In this document: positions 1-12,458 of the stretch, one piece after another
Layout of the letters: every line of letters begins with the position of its first letter
How positions within the stretch are numbered: the first letter of the stretch is position 1
NCBI GenBank assembly: GCA_965153455.1
Contig: OZ234493.1
Span: 34,772,213-34,836,212 of the forward strand
DNA from: Sphagnum compactum
Lineage: Eukaryota
Reading direction: 5' to 3'
Length of the DNA stretch: 64,000 nt
Position numbers and translations under genes: made by a program
Notes under the pieces: model-generated
Databases searched by the model: none
What the model was told of the DNA's origin: nothing
What the model saw: only the letters and a program-made list of their open reading frames with translations

Positions 1-31
1 TCCATGCTGAGTGTTGGTGGAGATGCTCTTA
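1..31. mobile_element. Right end of a Tourist/PIF-Harbinger-like MITE (truncated by the window edge)
   Basis: GGAGATGCTC (19-28) is followed by TTA (29-31). Its reverse complement GAGCATCTCC is a typical Tourist-type TIR with a TTA/TAA target site, and it also opens an element at 3737. Confidence 0.5.
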
Positions 32-202
32 CACTTCTTGCACTAATAATGTCAGGGCTAAAAGCCCAACTTGTTCAACAAGTTGGCTTCCATAGTGCAA
101 ACCTTGTTTTCTTCCTCACCTTAGTACTATGTTTTTTTGCCTTTGGGGTTCTCTTTGCCCTAAACCCTAAACCCTAAACCTATTGTAAAGCACAAGGGGA
201 AC

Positions 203-389
203 CTTATCATGAACCTAAACATTCATAGACCACAAGGTGTAGGAGGAAGATAGGTCTTATGCCTATTCCTTAAGAGTGGGAGGAATCTTACACCTATAAT
301 AAGCATAATTCCCTTCCACTCTTAACGACTAGGTGTAAAATCCGTCCCCTTCTTTAGGAGGGTTGTGTTCTAATATAGGGTGCCCTCCA
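203..389. repeat. Dispersed repeat, copy 1 (copy 2 at ~39452-39640)
   Basis: Shared blocks TTATCATGAACC, TCTTATGCCTA, AGTGGGAGG..TCTTACACCTAT, GCATAATT and GGTGCCCTCCA occur in the same order and with similar spacing in both copies. Confidence 0.75.
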
Positions 390-399
390 AATGAACTTT

Positions 400-1560
400 A
401 TCCATGTGCTATAGCAGCAGCATGAATGTGAGTGTCATGGCATAATGGGCACATGTAATAATGGCAATGGAAATTATAAATGCATTGACATTTGAAGCCT
501 CCATAAGTCATTTGGGCCATTGACTTTGGGTGTCATTTGGGGCCCCCATAGGTCATTTGGGGGCCTATTGCTTTGTCTAGTCCAAGATGGAAGTCTAGTT
601 TGCAAGGCAAAAGTTGAAAGACATGATGTTGGGTGAAATATTTGATTGATGCCAATGGAGACATTGATTCCTTAATGGCTTTGTCTCCAAAGCTTAAAGG
701 CACTCATGACCAAACCCTAAAGGTAGACTAAAAGTTTGCCAAGGAATATGGGGGAGGATTGAAGGCTCATCAAATTGTTTGAAATTTGTGAACATTTTAC
801 CAACGGACTCAAAAGAACAATGGGTGTTGATGAGAACATTGGTTGTACCTCATATTCTAATGTGAAAAAAAGTTCTGGACCCAATGTTGTGTATGTGATA
901 TAAACACACAAGGATTCATGAAAAAGGATTGTCCCAAACAAATCATGGTGAAGTGTTCGCCCCATGATGAGGTCAAGTAGGTCATGGCATTTAATCCTTA
1001 GCTTCAAAACCTAAGCATATGACATGCATGTGATTCAGGCACAAAGGTCTAACTAAGGGCTTGACAAGGAACATTGTGGTGAAGGAGAGCTGCTTCACCA
1101 AACCAAAGTCAAATTGGCAAGCATATGGAGACACAACATTCCCAAAGTTATCTTGAGAAATGGGTTCCCTTCATATGTTAGGTTAGGTTTTTGTGCCGGA
1201 TTTTGTAGGCTTTTGAGAGGTTTTCAACAACTTGTCACCATGAATGCTGAATCCTTTTTGGGTTGCGTTCCAATAGTGCTTCTTCATCACCAAAATGGAA
1301 AAAAAAAAAGCTTGTTCCTAAGGAATTATTAGACTTTCCTTCCAAACACATTCTAAAATGGGAGAGGACATTCATTTAAGATTTGTTCCATAAATTTGGG
1401 AAGTTTCCATGAAGACTAAAGTGTGTCAATCTCCTCAAGAGTTGGAACAATACAAGGAGTCAGGACATGGCCATTTGCAATTACACAACACAAAGGATCA
1501 AAACTTGGTGATGCCTGGGTAAGAGTGCCATGTGTCAACTATGTTTCAATTATGAATTAA
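400..1560 (+). mobile_element. Possible highly degraded LINE ORF2 remnant
   Basis: Around 735-770 the sequence reads LPRNMGGGLK, resembling the PKxxGGLG motif downstream of the RT domain in plant L1 elements. All frames are interrupted, so the boundaries are approximate. Confidence 0.3.
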
Positions 1561-2347
1561 CATCAAGGAATTAACATTGGTAACATTTCATTGACCAAAA
1601 TACAATGTCATTTGGAATTTGTTTTAGGGGGGAAAAAAACACCAAGATGCTTTTGTGAAGCTATTTTCAAAAAGGGGAAAACTAACAAATTTATGACTAG
1701 AAACTCTTGAAAACTTCCTAACCACCATTTAGATGAAACAACTACCATGTTAACATAATCAAATTTTTTATAATTAATTGGTGAAATGTTTTAAAATACA
1801 CAACATAGGTTGAATTATTGAAAATGCCAACTAGGAAGTTCTTTGTTTTTTTGTGTTCGCTGAAATAATCAAATTTTGCAAATGCACAAACTAAGCAGCT
1901 CCAATGTTAAATTAAAATGAAGAGGATTAATGCAACAACTCTCTCTATGGGTTTCGTTTTTTGCCACTAATTTTTTTCTTCACCTTATGCTTCTTATGGA
2001 TATCATAATTGCAATAGTGATAGTAGAAATCTTGTTGCCTTTTTTGAAGCTTTTTGGGGATTTTATTGCAAGTGCATGTGATATTGTCATGAATATGGCA
2101 CATGGACAATGTTGAATAGGTATAGCCTTATGAAAAATCAAACTCTTCACAATAGAATTATCCGTAAGGTAAGGGAAAGACAGCAACAGAACCTTGAGTT
2201 TGGCCCTGAGTTTGGTCATAAAGGGCGTGAGATTCAGGGAAAAACCTGTAAAAATGTACAATAGCATTCAAGGGGGGTGAAACTCAGAAAATCATCAATT
2301 TTCGTGGTCAACTGAATTTCATCATGTCTTACCCTTTTCCTGAGCGC

Positions 2348-2545
2348 CTCCACTGCTGCTACATAAACTTTCACTGCTCCTAAGTGTACAGCTTCGATAA
2401 CTACTCTCGAACCTTGTGCATTAAATGCTGAGTTTTAGCATTTCATACCCAGATTTAATAAAATTTTCCTTACTTTACGGATGAAAGAGGGTTTTTGGGA
2501 GCTGAAAGGAGGCCCAAAGACAGGGTGAAGACAGAGTCACTTTAC
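2348..2545. repeat. Dispersed ~190-bp repeat, copy 1 (copy 2 at 49859-50045)
   Basis: Near-identical stretches are shared: CTCTCGAACC(T/C)TGTGCATTAAATGCTGAGTTT(T/C)AGCATTTCATAC, AGATTTAATAAAATTT and GAAAGGAGGCCCAAAGACAGG. Confidence 0.9.
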
Positions 2546-2906
2546 GGATAACTCTAATATATGGACTATTTTGCTTTTTCATTTTGCACAATGACAGGCT
2601 TTTCAGGTTCTCAATAAAACTCAAGGCCAAGTGGCCCAATCGAAGTCAGCCACAATTGCTAAAACCTAGCCTACCAAACCATTTCAATTACCCAAATTTA
2701 CCACCCCCCCTCCAATAATCCTTCACCCAATTACCTAATCCCCCCAAGAAAACAAAATTCCTGAACACAATTAGAAGATAAAAATAAAGAAGAAAGAGTT
2801 CCCCAATCAATTAGATCTGGGGATGAAGTGAGGTTTAAGGCAAACACTAAACTGGAGCAACAAATTAAATGCAGGTCAATCTCCAAAGCAAAAAGTACAC
2901 ACAACC

Positions 2907-3152
2907 AGTGTGCTATTTTTTTTAATGGCTAAATTTTTATTTAATTTTTTTGGTTTTCTAGTTGCCATATTTCAACAAATTATTTTGATAAATTGCTAAT
3001 TTTCTCTATTGGGTTCTAGTATGTAGCCAAAAGTGTGAAGGTTTCTTTTTCTTTTAATTACTTTTATATCTGGTCTATAGCCAAATTTGGCTAAATCTTC
3101 TTGTGGTGAATTGCCAATTTGGCAACATCACAAAATTGGGGAAAAAAGACCC
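2907..3152. mobile_element. MITE-like repeat, same family as 41388-41655 and 41721-42011 (opposite orientation)
   Basis: Contains TAGCCAAATTTGGCTAAATCTTC and GTAGCCAAAA, whose reverse complements match GATTTTGCCAAAATTTGGCTA and TTTTTGGCTAC at ~41780-41852. Confidence 0.6.
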
Positions 3153-3736
3153 TAATGAATGTACACCAAGGGTGCATAAGTGATTGATCAAGTTCATAAC
3201 AGTAATCAAGAGATAAGCATAAGTCAATATTTATCACCTACCGATAAATGGATGTTCAGCACTTCTTTGCTGAATATTTATTATTTTAAAAAAAAAAGGT
3301 TCAACAGTTACAAATCTAATTTTTAAAATTTTCGACAATTGAGGAACAAGTCTGCAAAGTACATCTTTTTTGTCGTGTATTTGTTGTAATAGTAATCCAA
3401 CAGTTTGGAACAAAAATGTTTTTTTCACAAGTTGGGTGTTTGATTCTCAACAAAGTTTCGAAAAATATCAATAAAAATTTCCCTTTTTTTTTTTTTTCCA
3501 GCTATACCTTTTGAAAATTATTTTTTCATTGACCATTGGTAAAAGAGTTCCAGCAGAGAGGAAGGGAGAAAAAAAAGAAAAAAAGAAAAAAAAAAAGTCT
3601 AATAAAATATTCTTCAATGGGTTTTGCTCTTTCTTTCTTTGTAAAGTATAATCAATATTCAACAATCCTGACATATAGATCAGTCAGCTCAGAGTTAGCT
3701 ACCATGGACTGGAGAAGTGTATACAATGTACGAACG

Positions 3737-3875
3737 AGCATCTCCAGCGGTGCTCGGTCTTTAGTTATATACTCTTTTGCAACCTCACCCATAAAACTAA
3801 AACTGGGACAGCAAATAGGTGGGGAACTACTAATAGCAAACCACTTCGACCAATCATTATGATGGACCAATCGTA
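3737..3875. mobile_element. Tourist-like MITE left portion
   Basis: Starts with GAGCATCTCCAG, the reverse complement of the TIR at window positions 19-28. The right TIR was not located. Confidence 0.4.
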
Positions 3876-6800
3876 TCTATGATGACACTCTTTTCTGCAC
3901 GTGCACATCATTGCTGTTGCGCCTTTTACAAGCCACCATAAGCTAGGCAATTTATGCTGAGCCAAAACCATTTTCCTGAGCCAAACATGCATGTTTTGAC
4001 TTTCCTTCATCCAATTTTACTCTGCAGGATCACATACTGGAGCTTCTTTGGGGTAGTAGCCTTAAGACTTTTAGTGCTAAAGATTGTTAGTGAAGGATGG
4101 AACCAAGAGTTTCTAGTTTTGGAAATGTGATGCAGCTCAAGAGTTAAGATGGAAGATTGATGCTTAAGTCCGCATCTTCTTTCTCAAAACAAACAATGCA
4201 TAACAATTCATAACCACAAAAATAAATGCTCTCCATAGTTGATGAATATATATATAACTTATTCAACAACTAGAAATAGTAGACAATCCCAGATTCTTAA
4301 CAAAATCTGTATCCTTTCTGAAATCTATGATGAGTGCTTAAATCCTAAACCCTAAAAACCACCTGATGGAGAAAGTAGCCAGAAGGGGGGACATGATCTG
4401 ATCACAGTCACATCACCAGACAGCTTGAAGAAAGATATTCAGAATTGCAGAAGTACCCAGATTGCAAAACTCTGCAATTGATCTGATTCTGCAATTGATC
4501 TGATTGATTGAGCTACTCCCCATACCCGTGTACACAAATTTCCGCAAGAAAACAAGAGTGAAGTAAGTAGGTAAGTCGGTAGGTAGTGCTTACTTTTGTT
4601 CGCTGGAGCTTGACTAGTTATATGGGGCCAGGTTCAGTGCACTGGATGTAATGCTTCTTGCTTGCAGGCTGCTTTCTGGAGTGCCAGAAAGCTCAGACAA
4701 GTCGTGTGCACTTTCAGACTGCCAGTTCTTTTGTCGGGCTTGGGGGCCACCCCCTGCCATCAGTTAGATCCTACCCATGTACTACAGTATCATTTTGTCA
4801 GTCACAAAAGGATTGGATCCTCGCAGCTATATGGTGCTTGCTACCTGCTGGGGAGCATCCATCATCAGCTGTTGTATGGCAAATTGATGATGAGAGGCTA
4901 TGTACCTGCGCTGTAGATGTTGACAAACAATCCAAATTAGTTCTACCCACTTAATGCCTCCTCACTGATAGCTAAAACCCTGGTTTTGATGAGCAAATTC
5001 AGGTTGACAGACACTACTGACCATAATTTCATTCATATATTTGCAAGCAATCAAAGCTTGTGGAAGTCTCTTGGCCTTCCAAAGCGCCCAAAAAGCCATA
5101 ATCACAGAAGAGAATCTAGTGCAAAGTAGTCTTGACATTACCAACCCTAAATTAGTCTTCAGCGTTCTGTATGTGTAATGGGTCAGTGCCAAGGCTTCAA
5201 GCAGTAACTTTCTCCGTCATATCACTTGGAGTTTCTACATGATTTTCAATCAATTCCCAGCTCATGTACTGAGGGAAGTCTGGCCATGGCTGGGCTATTA
5301 TGCCAACAGCTCTGCATGGGGCTTCAAATGACTGTCATGTTCTGCATGCAGAAAGATGAATGGTACAAGATTTAAGCTCTTCAAGTACTGGGTGCTTGCA
5401 ATCCTGTACTTGAGGGCCATCACAAGTCTCCAAAGTGGTATTCACAACAATGCCCACTATTGAGTTCATGCTGAAATTGTTTGTAATCAGACTGTCTCAT
5501 GAAGCTCTCTTTCTCTGGAACCGGATGCTGGATTACAGTGCTCGTCCCTCAAGAAATTGAAACCTGAGGAGAGCTACACAACAGCACAACATGAAGGCTT
5601 TAGCATAGCAAGCTGAGTCTTTGATCCTTGTGATGAGTAGAATGTTTAATTTACATGCAGCTGGAATACATTTCTACACTTTCTCCCAGGTTCTGCAAAA
5701 GTCTCCCCAGTGGTTTTGATTTTGTAGCAAACGATATGTCTCTAAGACCATAGAAGTCTACCAGAGTGCTTGACCTGCAAATCCAATTAATTTGTTTGCC
5801 CAAGGGTGTTTCTACCTGCAAATCCAATCAATCTGTTTGCCCGAGGGTGTTTCTACCTCAGAGAAGATAGGCATGTTGTGGGCAATGCCTCCTGTCTGAA
5901 GCCTATTCATGAAGAATGCATCCAACCTGAAACTTCCACTTAATTGTCAGAAGATAGAATTTGTATAAGTCTCCTGCCAGGCACACACCCTACCTCTACT
6001 GAATCGTCCTGAAAGGCATGAAATTCATGAATCATTCTGAATCTTCTGAATCATCTGATACACAAGAAAAACAAGGATGACATCTCTTATGATGATTGAG
6101 CCCGGAAACTCTCCTTGCAAGAGGATGTCCTAAGTCCTGACCTCATGACAAAAAGTTTGCCTGACCCAACTCTATCTATATTTTATCAACTGGCAATGTG
6201 AGAGCAGAAAGTCATGCATGATGCCCTAGCTGCATGAAGAGAGTATATACCAGAATGGACTCACTAACACCCAGAATCTCCTCAACGCGTGCAGGCCTCA
6301 GTTGCCTTCCAGCCTCCTTCTGTAGCAAATGCAGAATATGATATATAGTGTTCGTAAGAACATGACCAGTGGCTCAATCTAGTGCAGAGCATGACTGCTG
6401 AAGATTTATGCAAAGCAATGGACAACAAGAGTTTGCTTTCATTTTACTTAGACTGTTTGTACATTTTCTAGATCACCATCAAAGTGTTCAACTGTGAGGC
6501 ATCAACAAAACATGCATCCAAGGTATCTCTACCCTCCATAAATCATATTAACTTCCCAAAATCCACAGATACATCCAATACAGAATGTTTTGAAGTTCTG
6601 CAAGAGAAACACAAGAGACCTGGCTGGCACTGGCAACAGATCATGGAAAGTATAGACCCCTTTGTGTATGGCAGCTTTGGATCAATGTGGTGACATTTGT
6701 TCAGTGTTCCTTGATCATAGTCCTTGATGTAATCGGTAGCTGCTCTTGACATGCTTTACTTATGCCTGGAATCACAAAGACCCATAATAAACCTTATCTA

Positions 6801-7075
6801 TCCAACTGCAGAGAAAAAACTCCACAACAAAATTTCGAAGGTGAACCACAAACAACGACCAAGTGTGGTCATATAGGTAACCTTACAACAGTCACCACTG
6901 TTGTTCCACAAAAGTGTCCTGGAACACTCATGCTCATCATGAATAGCAGTGAGCAGCAGCTCATCAGTGAGTCCCCACTGACTTCATCAGCCCCATGACT
7001 GTCGGTGTAGATTTCAAGTATACAACAATCCACCCAAATCCTCAAGAGTGAAACATCATACAAAACAACTGCATT

Positions 7076-7541
7076 CTGAGTTCCTGTTGCATTCCAGAAG
7101 CACAAAGAAGAAGACTCCATCACACTGGTATAAACCCTAGAACAGTATACACAAAGTGATCCATTAGTATTGTAAATCAAATCAATTCAGCTGCATAATG
7201 GGTACTCAGATTTGAAGCTCAAACCCTTAACCTGAGTTTCTGTTGCATTCTGGAAGTGCAAAGACGAAGACTCCAATCACACTGGTATATACCCTAGAAC
7301 AATATGCACAAAGTGATCCAATAGTATTGTAATCAAATCAATTCAGCTGCATAACAGGTACTCAGATTTGAAGCTTAAACCCTAAACCTGAGTTTCTGTT
7401 GCATTCTGGAAAGCCCAAAGAAGAAGACTCCATCACACTGGTATAACCCTTAGAACAGTATACACAAAGCAATCCAATAGTATTGGAAATCAAATCAATC
7501 CAGCCGCATAATGGGTACTCAGATTCAAAGCTTAAACCCTT
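7076..7541. repeat. Tandem repeat, 3 x 156 bp
   Basis: Units start at 7076, 7232 and 7388 with CTGAGTT(C/T)CTGTTGCATTC, and each contains GAAGACTCCA(A)TCACACTGGTATA and GGTACTCAGATT. Confidence 0.95.
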
Positions 7542-7827
7542 GTCGCTGCCGCTCTTTTTCCAATTTTGGATTGCCGAAGGCTCTGCAGCATTCTGGACAG
7601 CACAATTTGTGACCAATAAATTCAATAAATTCATCAGTGTATTCAATTACTCTCCATGCTCTGCCAAGAACAACTTCCTGTTCTACTCCACAAAGATTGT
7701 CCATGCATACGCTGATGTGTGATGTTTGTAAGGAGTTGATAGATCTGCTCTCTCTCCACACATATGGAAAATACAAATGTAAAGTCAAGACACAAAATTT
7801 ACACACAACAATCAGGCATCTGCAGTA

Positions 7828-8400
7828 GTGATGGCACAGAAAAAAGTTCTGAAACACATGCAAAAAAGAAAACGGGCAGTGATGATGATGATGATACCAC
7901 AGAAGAATGTGCAATCTTCTCCAAAGAAACATCTGAAACAGATGTGCAAAAAGAAAAACTGTGGTGATGATGATGATGGCACAGAATCCTGTTTTCTCCA
8001 AACTTCAGATGGCACAGGCCATCAGAAGTTTTCTCCTAACTTCTTCTTCTGTGCCATCATCATCAACAGAGTTTTCTTTTTGCATTTGTGATTCGGAAGT
8101 TTGTTTGGAGAAGATTTCGCATTCTTCTGTGGCATCATCATCTGACATCAACAGAGTTTTCTTTTTGCATATGTGTTTCAGGAGTTTGTTTGGAGAAGAT
8201 TGCACATTCTTCTGTGGCATCATCATCTGACATCAACACAGTTTTCTTTTTGCATGTGTGTTTCAGAAGTTTGTTTGGAGAAGATTGCACATTCTATGGC
8301 ATCATCATCATCAACACAGTTTTCTTTTGCACGTGTTTTCAGAAGTTTGTTTGGAGAAGTTTGCATTCTGTTGCCACCACCATCATCATCATCACCACTT
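7828..8400. repeat. ~85-bp tandem array (4 copies) preceded by ~1.5-2 inverted copies of the same unit
   Basis: GTTTGTTTGGAGAAG recurs at 8099, 8184, 8269 and 8345. The segment 7890-7987 is the reverse complement of 8047-8140. Confidence 0.9.
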
Positions 8401-8832
8401 TTGTTTCCTTTTCTTTTTCTTCATGTGTCTCAGAAACAAGACCTCATCTTGTTTCGGATCAGGCAAACCAGGCACGCAACGAACCATTTTCTTCACGAAA
8501 GATGGAGACGGAGACGGAGATAATAGTGAGCGCAAACGCCAATCCTAAGGTTGTCTCTTCTGTGTGTTCGTCATACCTGCTGGTGCACAGAGGCTTCCTA
8601 GTTCTTGTAGCGATTCCGAACAATGTCCATGCCAAAGAGATCTCGACTCTCCGTTGCAACGTCTTCACCGTGGAATCCGGAAGCAGAAGAATAAGAAGAG
8701 GAGGCTTTTGTGTGGAGAAGAATTGTGCAGATTTGAGCTTTGTGAGAGTAGACTGTCTGTCAGAACTCGTGCAATTGTTTCTCCAATCTGTTTCTCGCAG
8801 TTCAATTTGCAGCTTATTTCACCATCCTCAAG

Positions 8833-8952
8833 CTGCGGGTCGGTCTTGCAATCTGCAGGACAAAGGAGTCGTCAGAAGAATTGCAAAGGATTTGTCATCG
8901 CCTTCTTCTTCTCCTTCTTTCTCGACTGTGGTACGAAATCACTGCGCCTGAA

Positions 8953-8983
<31 letters not shown>

Positions 8984-9358
8984 GTTGAGCAATTTTCTGT
9001 TTCTTTATTGGTTCGTCAAGTCCAGATCTCTGGGAATTGAAGCTTAGAATTCTTTGCTGCTTGATGTGCAGATTTGTGCTTGAAGATTGTGTAGATTTGA
9101 GAGCCGCGGTCGCTTTTCCAATCTGCAGGACAAAAGGAGTTGTCAGAAGAATCGCAAAGAGTCGTCATCGCTTTCTTCTTCTCGGCTTTGGTACGAGATC
9201 AGTGCGCCTCTCTCTCTCTTTCGCTCTCTGTCTCTGTGTCTCTCTTTCTCACAGAGTTGAGAAGATTTTTGTTTCTTTTTTGGTTCAGCAAGTCGAGATC
9301 TCTGGAGAGAACTGGAATTGAAGCTTGGAATTCTTTGCTGCTTGATGATGTGCACAGA
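8833..9358. repeat. Diverged tandem duplication (~240-260 bp x2) upstream of the SOUL ATG
   Basis: 8833-9071 and 9102-9358 share CAATCTGCAGGACAAA, GTCAGAAGAAT, TGGTACGA, a CT-tract, AGATCTCTGG and GGAATTGAAGCTT.GAATTCTTTGCTGCTTGATG. Confidence 0.85.
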
Positions 9359-9486
9359 ATTACAGAAAAGGATTTTCATCAGAAAATCTCGACTTGCGTG
9401 TTGCTGCAAAATAGCATCACGAAGCTCTTTGCGCATCGGCAGCGAGGTGGAGGACAGACTTTAGTAGAACGAGCGAAAGAAAAGGA

Positions 9487-12458
9487 ATGGCGACAACAAC
9501 ATGTGCGACATGTGCGACAACAACGACCGTGGCTGGAGGAGGAGGAGGAGGAGCTCCTCAATTGCTTCTGAAAGAAACGCCAAAGGCAGGAGGAAGAGGG
9601 AAGAAGAAGCAATTCCAAGTGGTGATGAGAACTGCTGCAACAACGCTGGAGAACACACGCATCTCTTTGTTGCGAGCACTGTCAACGCAAGCTGCTTCCC
9701 AGTCTCGACGCTGTAAGCATTCCAATCTCTCTGTCTCTGTCTCTGTCTCCATCATCATCTGCAAACACATCCTGTAGCCATCAAAACAACTGCCACTGAC
9801 AACTCCACAGAATCGAACTCTGGAACTCTCTCCACTCTTATTATTACACTGGAGGGTTTTTTTCCGCACATAGCAGGATGCAACACATTTTGTGTTTCTT
9901 TCTTTTCAGTAGAGTGTTTTCTGTTCCACAATAAAGAGGATGATGCAACACTTCTGTGTATTGTCAGTAAAAAGTATTCCACAGCCAGATGGAACAATTC
10001 ATGGTTTTTGCTGGAGAGGTTTTTTTCCCACATCTAGGTCTGTTTTCACAAGAGAGTTTTTTTCCACGTGAGACAAAGGATGCAACACTCTGTGGGTTTT
10101 TTCAGTAGAGGTTTTTCACATCACGATGCAACACTCGGTAGAGTCTTTGGCACATCAGGAAACTATGGATTTTTCTTCATTAGGGGTTTTTCACATCAGG
10201 ATGCAACACTCAGTAGAGTTTTTTGGCACATCAGGAAATGTGGCACTCAGAAATCTTATGAAGAGTGTTGCAAGGTTGAATGCAAGATGAGAGACTCATT
10301 TCTTTCGTTCTAAGTTGTCATGTGTACCTGTGATGGGCACAGCAATTGAAAACTTGGCAAAGGAAGTTGTCAAGTATACGAATCCAAGGAAAAGTGAGGC
10401 AAGGAATTTGGAAGAGGCACTTATGACCGGTGAGTGCAGCAGCAATCACTGCCATGCACTACCATTTTGGGGATAATAATTTTGTATCAAATTTCCTCTG
10501 AATTCAAAAACATTGAGGAAATTCTTTACAAATGTTGAGGATTGTTTACTTGAACAGTGAGGAGTCTTCTACTTTTTTGGTCAATTGATGCTTCAATATA
10601 CCTAATATCTCAATGCTTGAACATTGAGATATTCTGGTGGAGGGTTTTGCAGTTCCAGATCTAGAAACAATACCCTACACAGTGATCCGGCAAGAGCAAG
10701 ATTTTGAAATCCGAGAAGTTGAGGTGAGGGAAAAAGCTTTCCATTTTCTTGCAAGTTCAATCTATGGTTGATGATTCCAATTTCACAGTTTCAATCTCAA
10801 TCTCCATTGTAATATTGTGATTTCAATTTCAAACTTTCTATGATTGCTGAGTTTTGGAAGAAACAGTCATATGTGGTTGCAGAGACAGTGATGCCAGGGC
10901 GAAGCGGATTTGACTTTGCAGGCTCAGGTCAGGCGTTCAACACTCTTGCAGCTTACCTCTTCGGCAAGGTAATTGTCTTTTGTATCTGTTTATGTCATGT
11001 GCAGTTTAAGGATCTTTAGAATGCATATTAGCTGTTGATTTTGGTATGGGATTTGTCTGTTGTGCTCTTAAATTGGTTGCATCTGGTTTTGGTGAAGAGG
11101 GATCTACATCCTGGCAACCAAAAATGGAAGAACCAAATGCTGCTTTGTCTTTTTTTGCCATTCACATTTAACAACCTCTTTAGGTGACATTCCTTGAACT
11201 CTGTTGTTGCTCCAATTCCGCACTTTCAGCACTCTCCTTGACATGGTGTAATTGTGGGTGGTGTGTTGTAGAACACAAAGGAAACAGAAATGGCTATGAC
11301 GACTCCTGTGGTTACACAAAGGGTGCAATCTGAAGGTGTCAAAATGGAGATGACCACGCCTGTAATTCAACAAGTGAGGACAGAATCCAAACATTTGCAG
11401 ATAGACTCAATGCATTTTTGAAGATTTTCTCATCCAAGACCATATGACAAGGAACATGTGCAAAATGAAAGCAACTGCTTACATGGTTATGTTGCTGGCA
11501 CATACTATAGTACTCAGAATTGCAAGTCTCATAGCAAGTTTAGAATAGCACGTTACAGAGCAAGTTTAGAATTTCAAGTTGCAGAGGAAGTTTAGTTGTG
11601 TAGAGGATTAACCAGGATGCCTAATTTCTTTGTGCCAGGAACTAAACCATGTCTGAGTGGAAAAGATGGTCTTGATTTGCCTCTTGCAATGTATCCTGTA
11701 TATTGGTGGGTAGGCATCAGGGCAGGGACAGTGGCGAATGTCATTTGTCTTACCAGCCAAGTACAGTGAAGACACACCAATACCCAAAGACTCAACTGTC
11801 AGTATCAAGAGGATACCTGCCAAGACAGTTGCAGTCACAGTCTTTTCAGGTTACAGTTCTGAAATTGTTCCGCACATTCACATAGCAGATGGTAGAGGAG
11901 AAACTCTTGTGGATTCACTGAAAGTAACTTGGAGCTCTATGTTACAGTGGTATGACATTCAGCTTCATGTTTCTACTGACACACTTGCATCAAGCTCTGC
12001 AGCAAACGTTTAACATTGTTTTGAGCTTCATTCCATTATTGTGATTTGAAATGTGAGAAGCTCTTTGAGTAGATGGATAGAGCAGCGATAAGAGGTGCAT
12101 TGGTTTGTGGCAGGCTTTGTGACAGATGATGATGTTAGAAAGAAAGAGCAGGGGCTGCGCAGGGCTATTTTGAGGGATGGACAAGTGCGGGTGAAGGCAA
12201 ATGCACAACCAGAGGTTGCTCAGGTGGGAGGAATGCACACCTTCGTTCCTTACTTTTGTGCAAATCGTTTTGTGTTCATATGCTGATGCAATGTGCTGCA
12301 GGATTACGATCTGTAGGTAAATACAGAAAGATTATTGCTTACTACAAGAGCAGCTAACATGAGCATGTTTTTTGGTGATGTATGTGCAGTACAACCCTCC
12401 ATTCACACCACCATTCATGCGCCGGAATGAACTTGCTCTCGAAGTAGAAGAGTTGTAA
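9487..12458 (+). CDS. SOUL heme-binding family protein, plastid-type (similar to Arabidopsis At3g10130), ~300 aa, 8 exons
   Basis: Exons 9487-9712, 10343-10429, 10653-10723, 10867-10968, 11272-11373, 11714-11849, 12114-12223 and 12390-12458 are all GT-AG and in phase (903 nt). Motifs include NLEEALMTVPDLET, AFNTLAAYLFGKN, MEMTTPV, WRMSFVLPAKY and AQYNPPFTPPFMRRNE. The N-terminus is T/A/G-rich and transit-peptide-like. Confidence 0.93.

Larger units (their letters stand above)
4594..8631 (-). pseudogene. Decayed multi-exon gene of unknown identity, head-to-head with the SOUL gene
   Basis: A series of minus-strand exon-like segments is bounded by YAG/GT: donor GTATGA at 8576; ~6268-6320 KEAGRQLRPARVEEILG; 5857-5926 LDAFFMNRLQTGGIAHNMPIFSE; 5655-5774; ~4845-4911 RRYIASHHQFAIQQLMMDAPQQ. 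Joining them gives stops or frame conflicts, and no family was recognised. Confidence 0.35.

Noticed and set aside
158-181. (CCCTAAA)n telomere-like repeats, also at 28021-28040 and 28258-28274
   Set aside because: There are only 2-3 units each. These are common interstitial telo-box-type motifs, not a telomere or fusion site.
3652-4065. Ubiquitin-conjugating enzyme (E2)-like peptides on the minus strand (GYYPKEAPV; GEVAKEYITKDRAPLE)
   Set aside because: There is no HPN/catalytic-Cys motif, the spacing is wrong, and the segment overlaps a Tourist-like MITE starting at 3737. The resemblance is probably chance.
8088-8951. 287-aa ORF and other His-rich ORFs at 7.5-8.5 kb
   Set aside because: They are products of the CAT/GAT-containing 85-bp tandem repeat, have non-ATG starts or repetitive translation, and show no recognisable domain.
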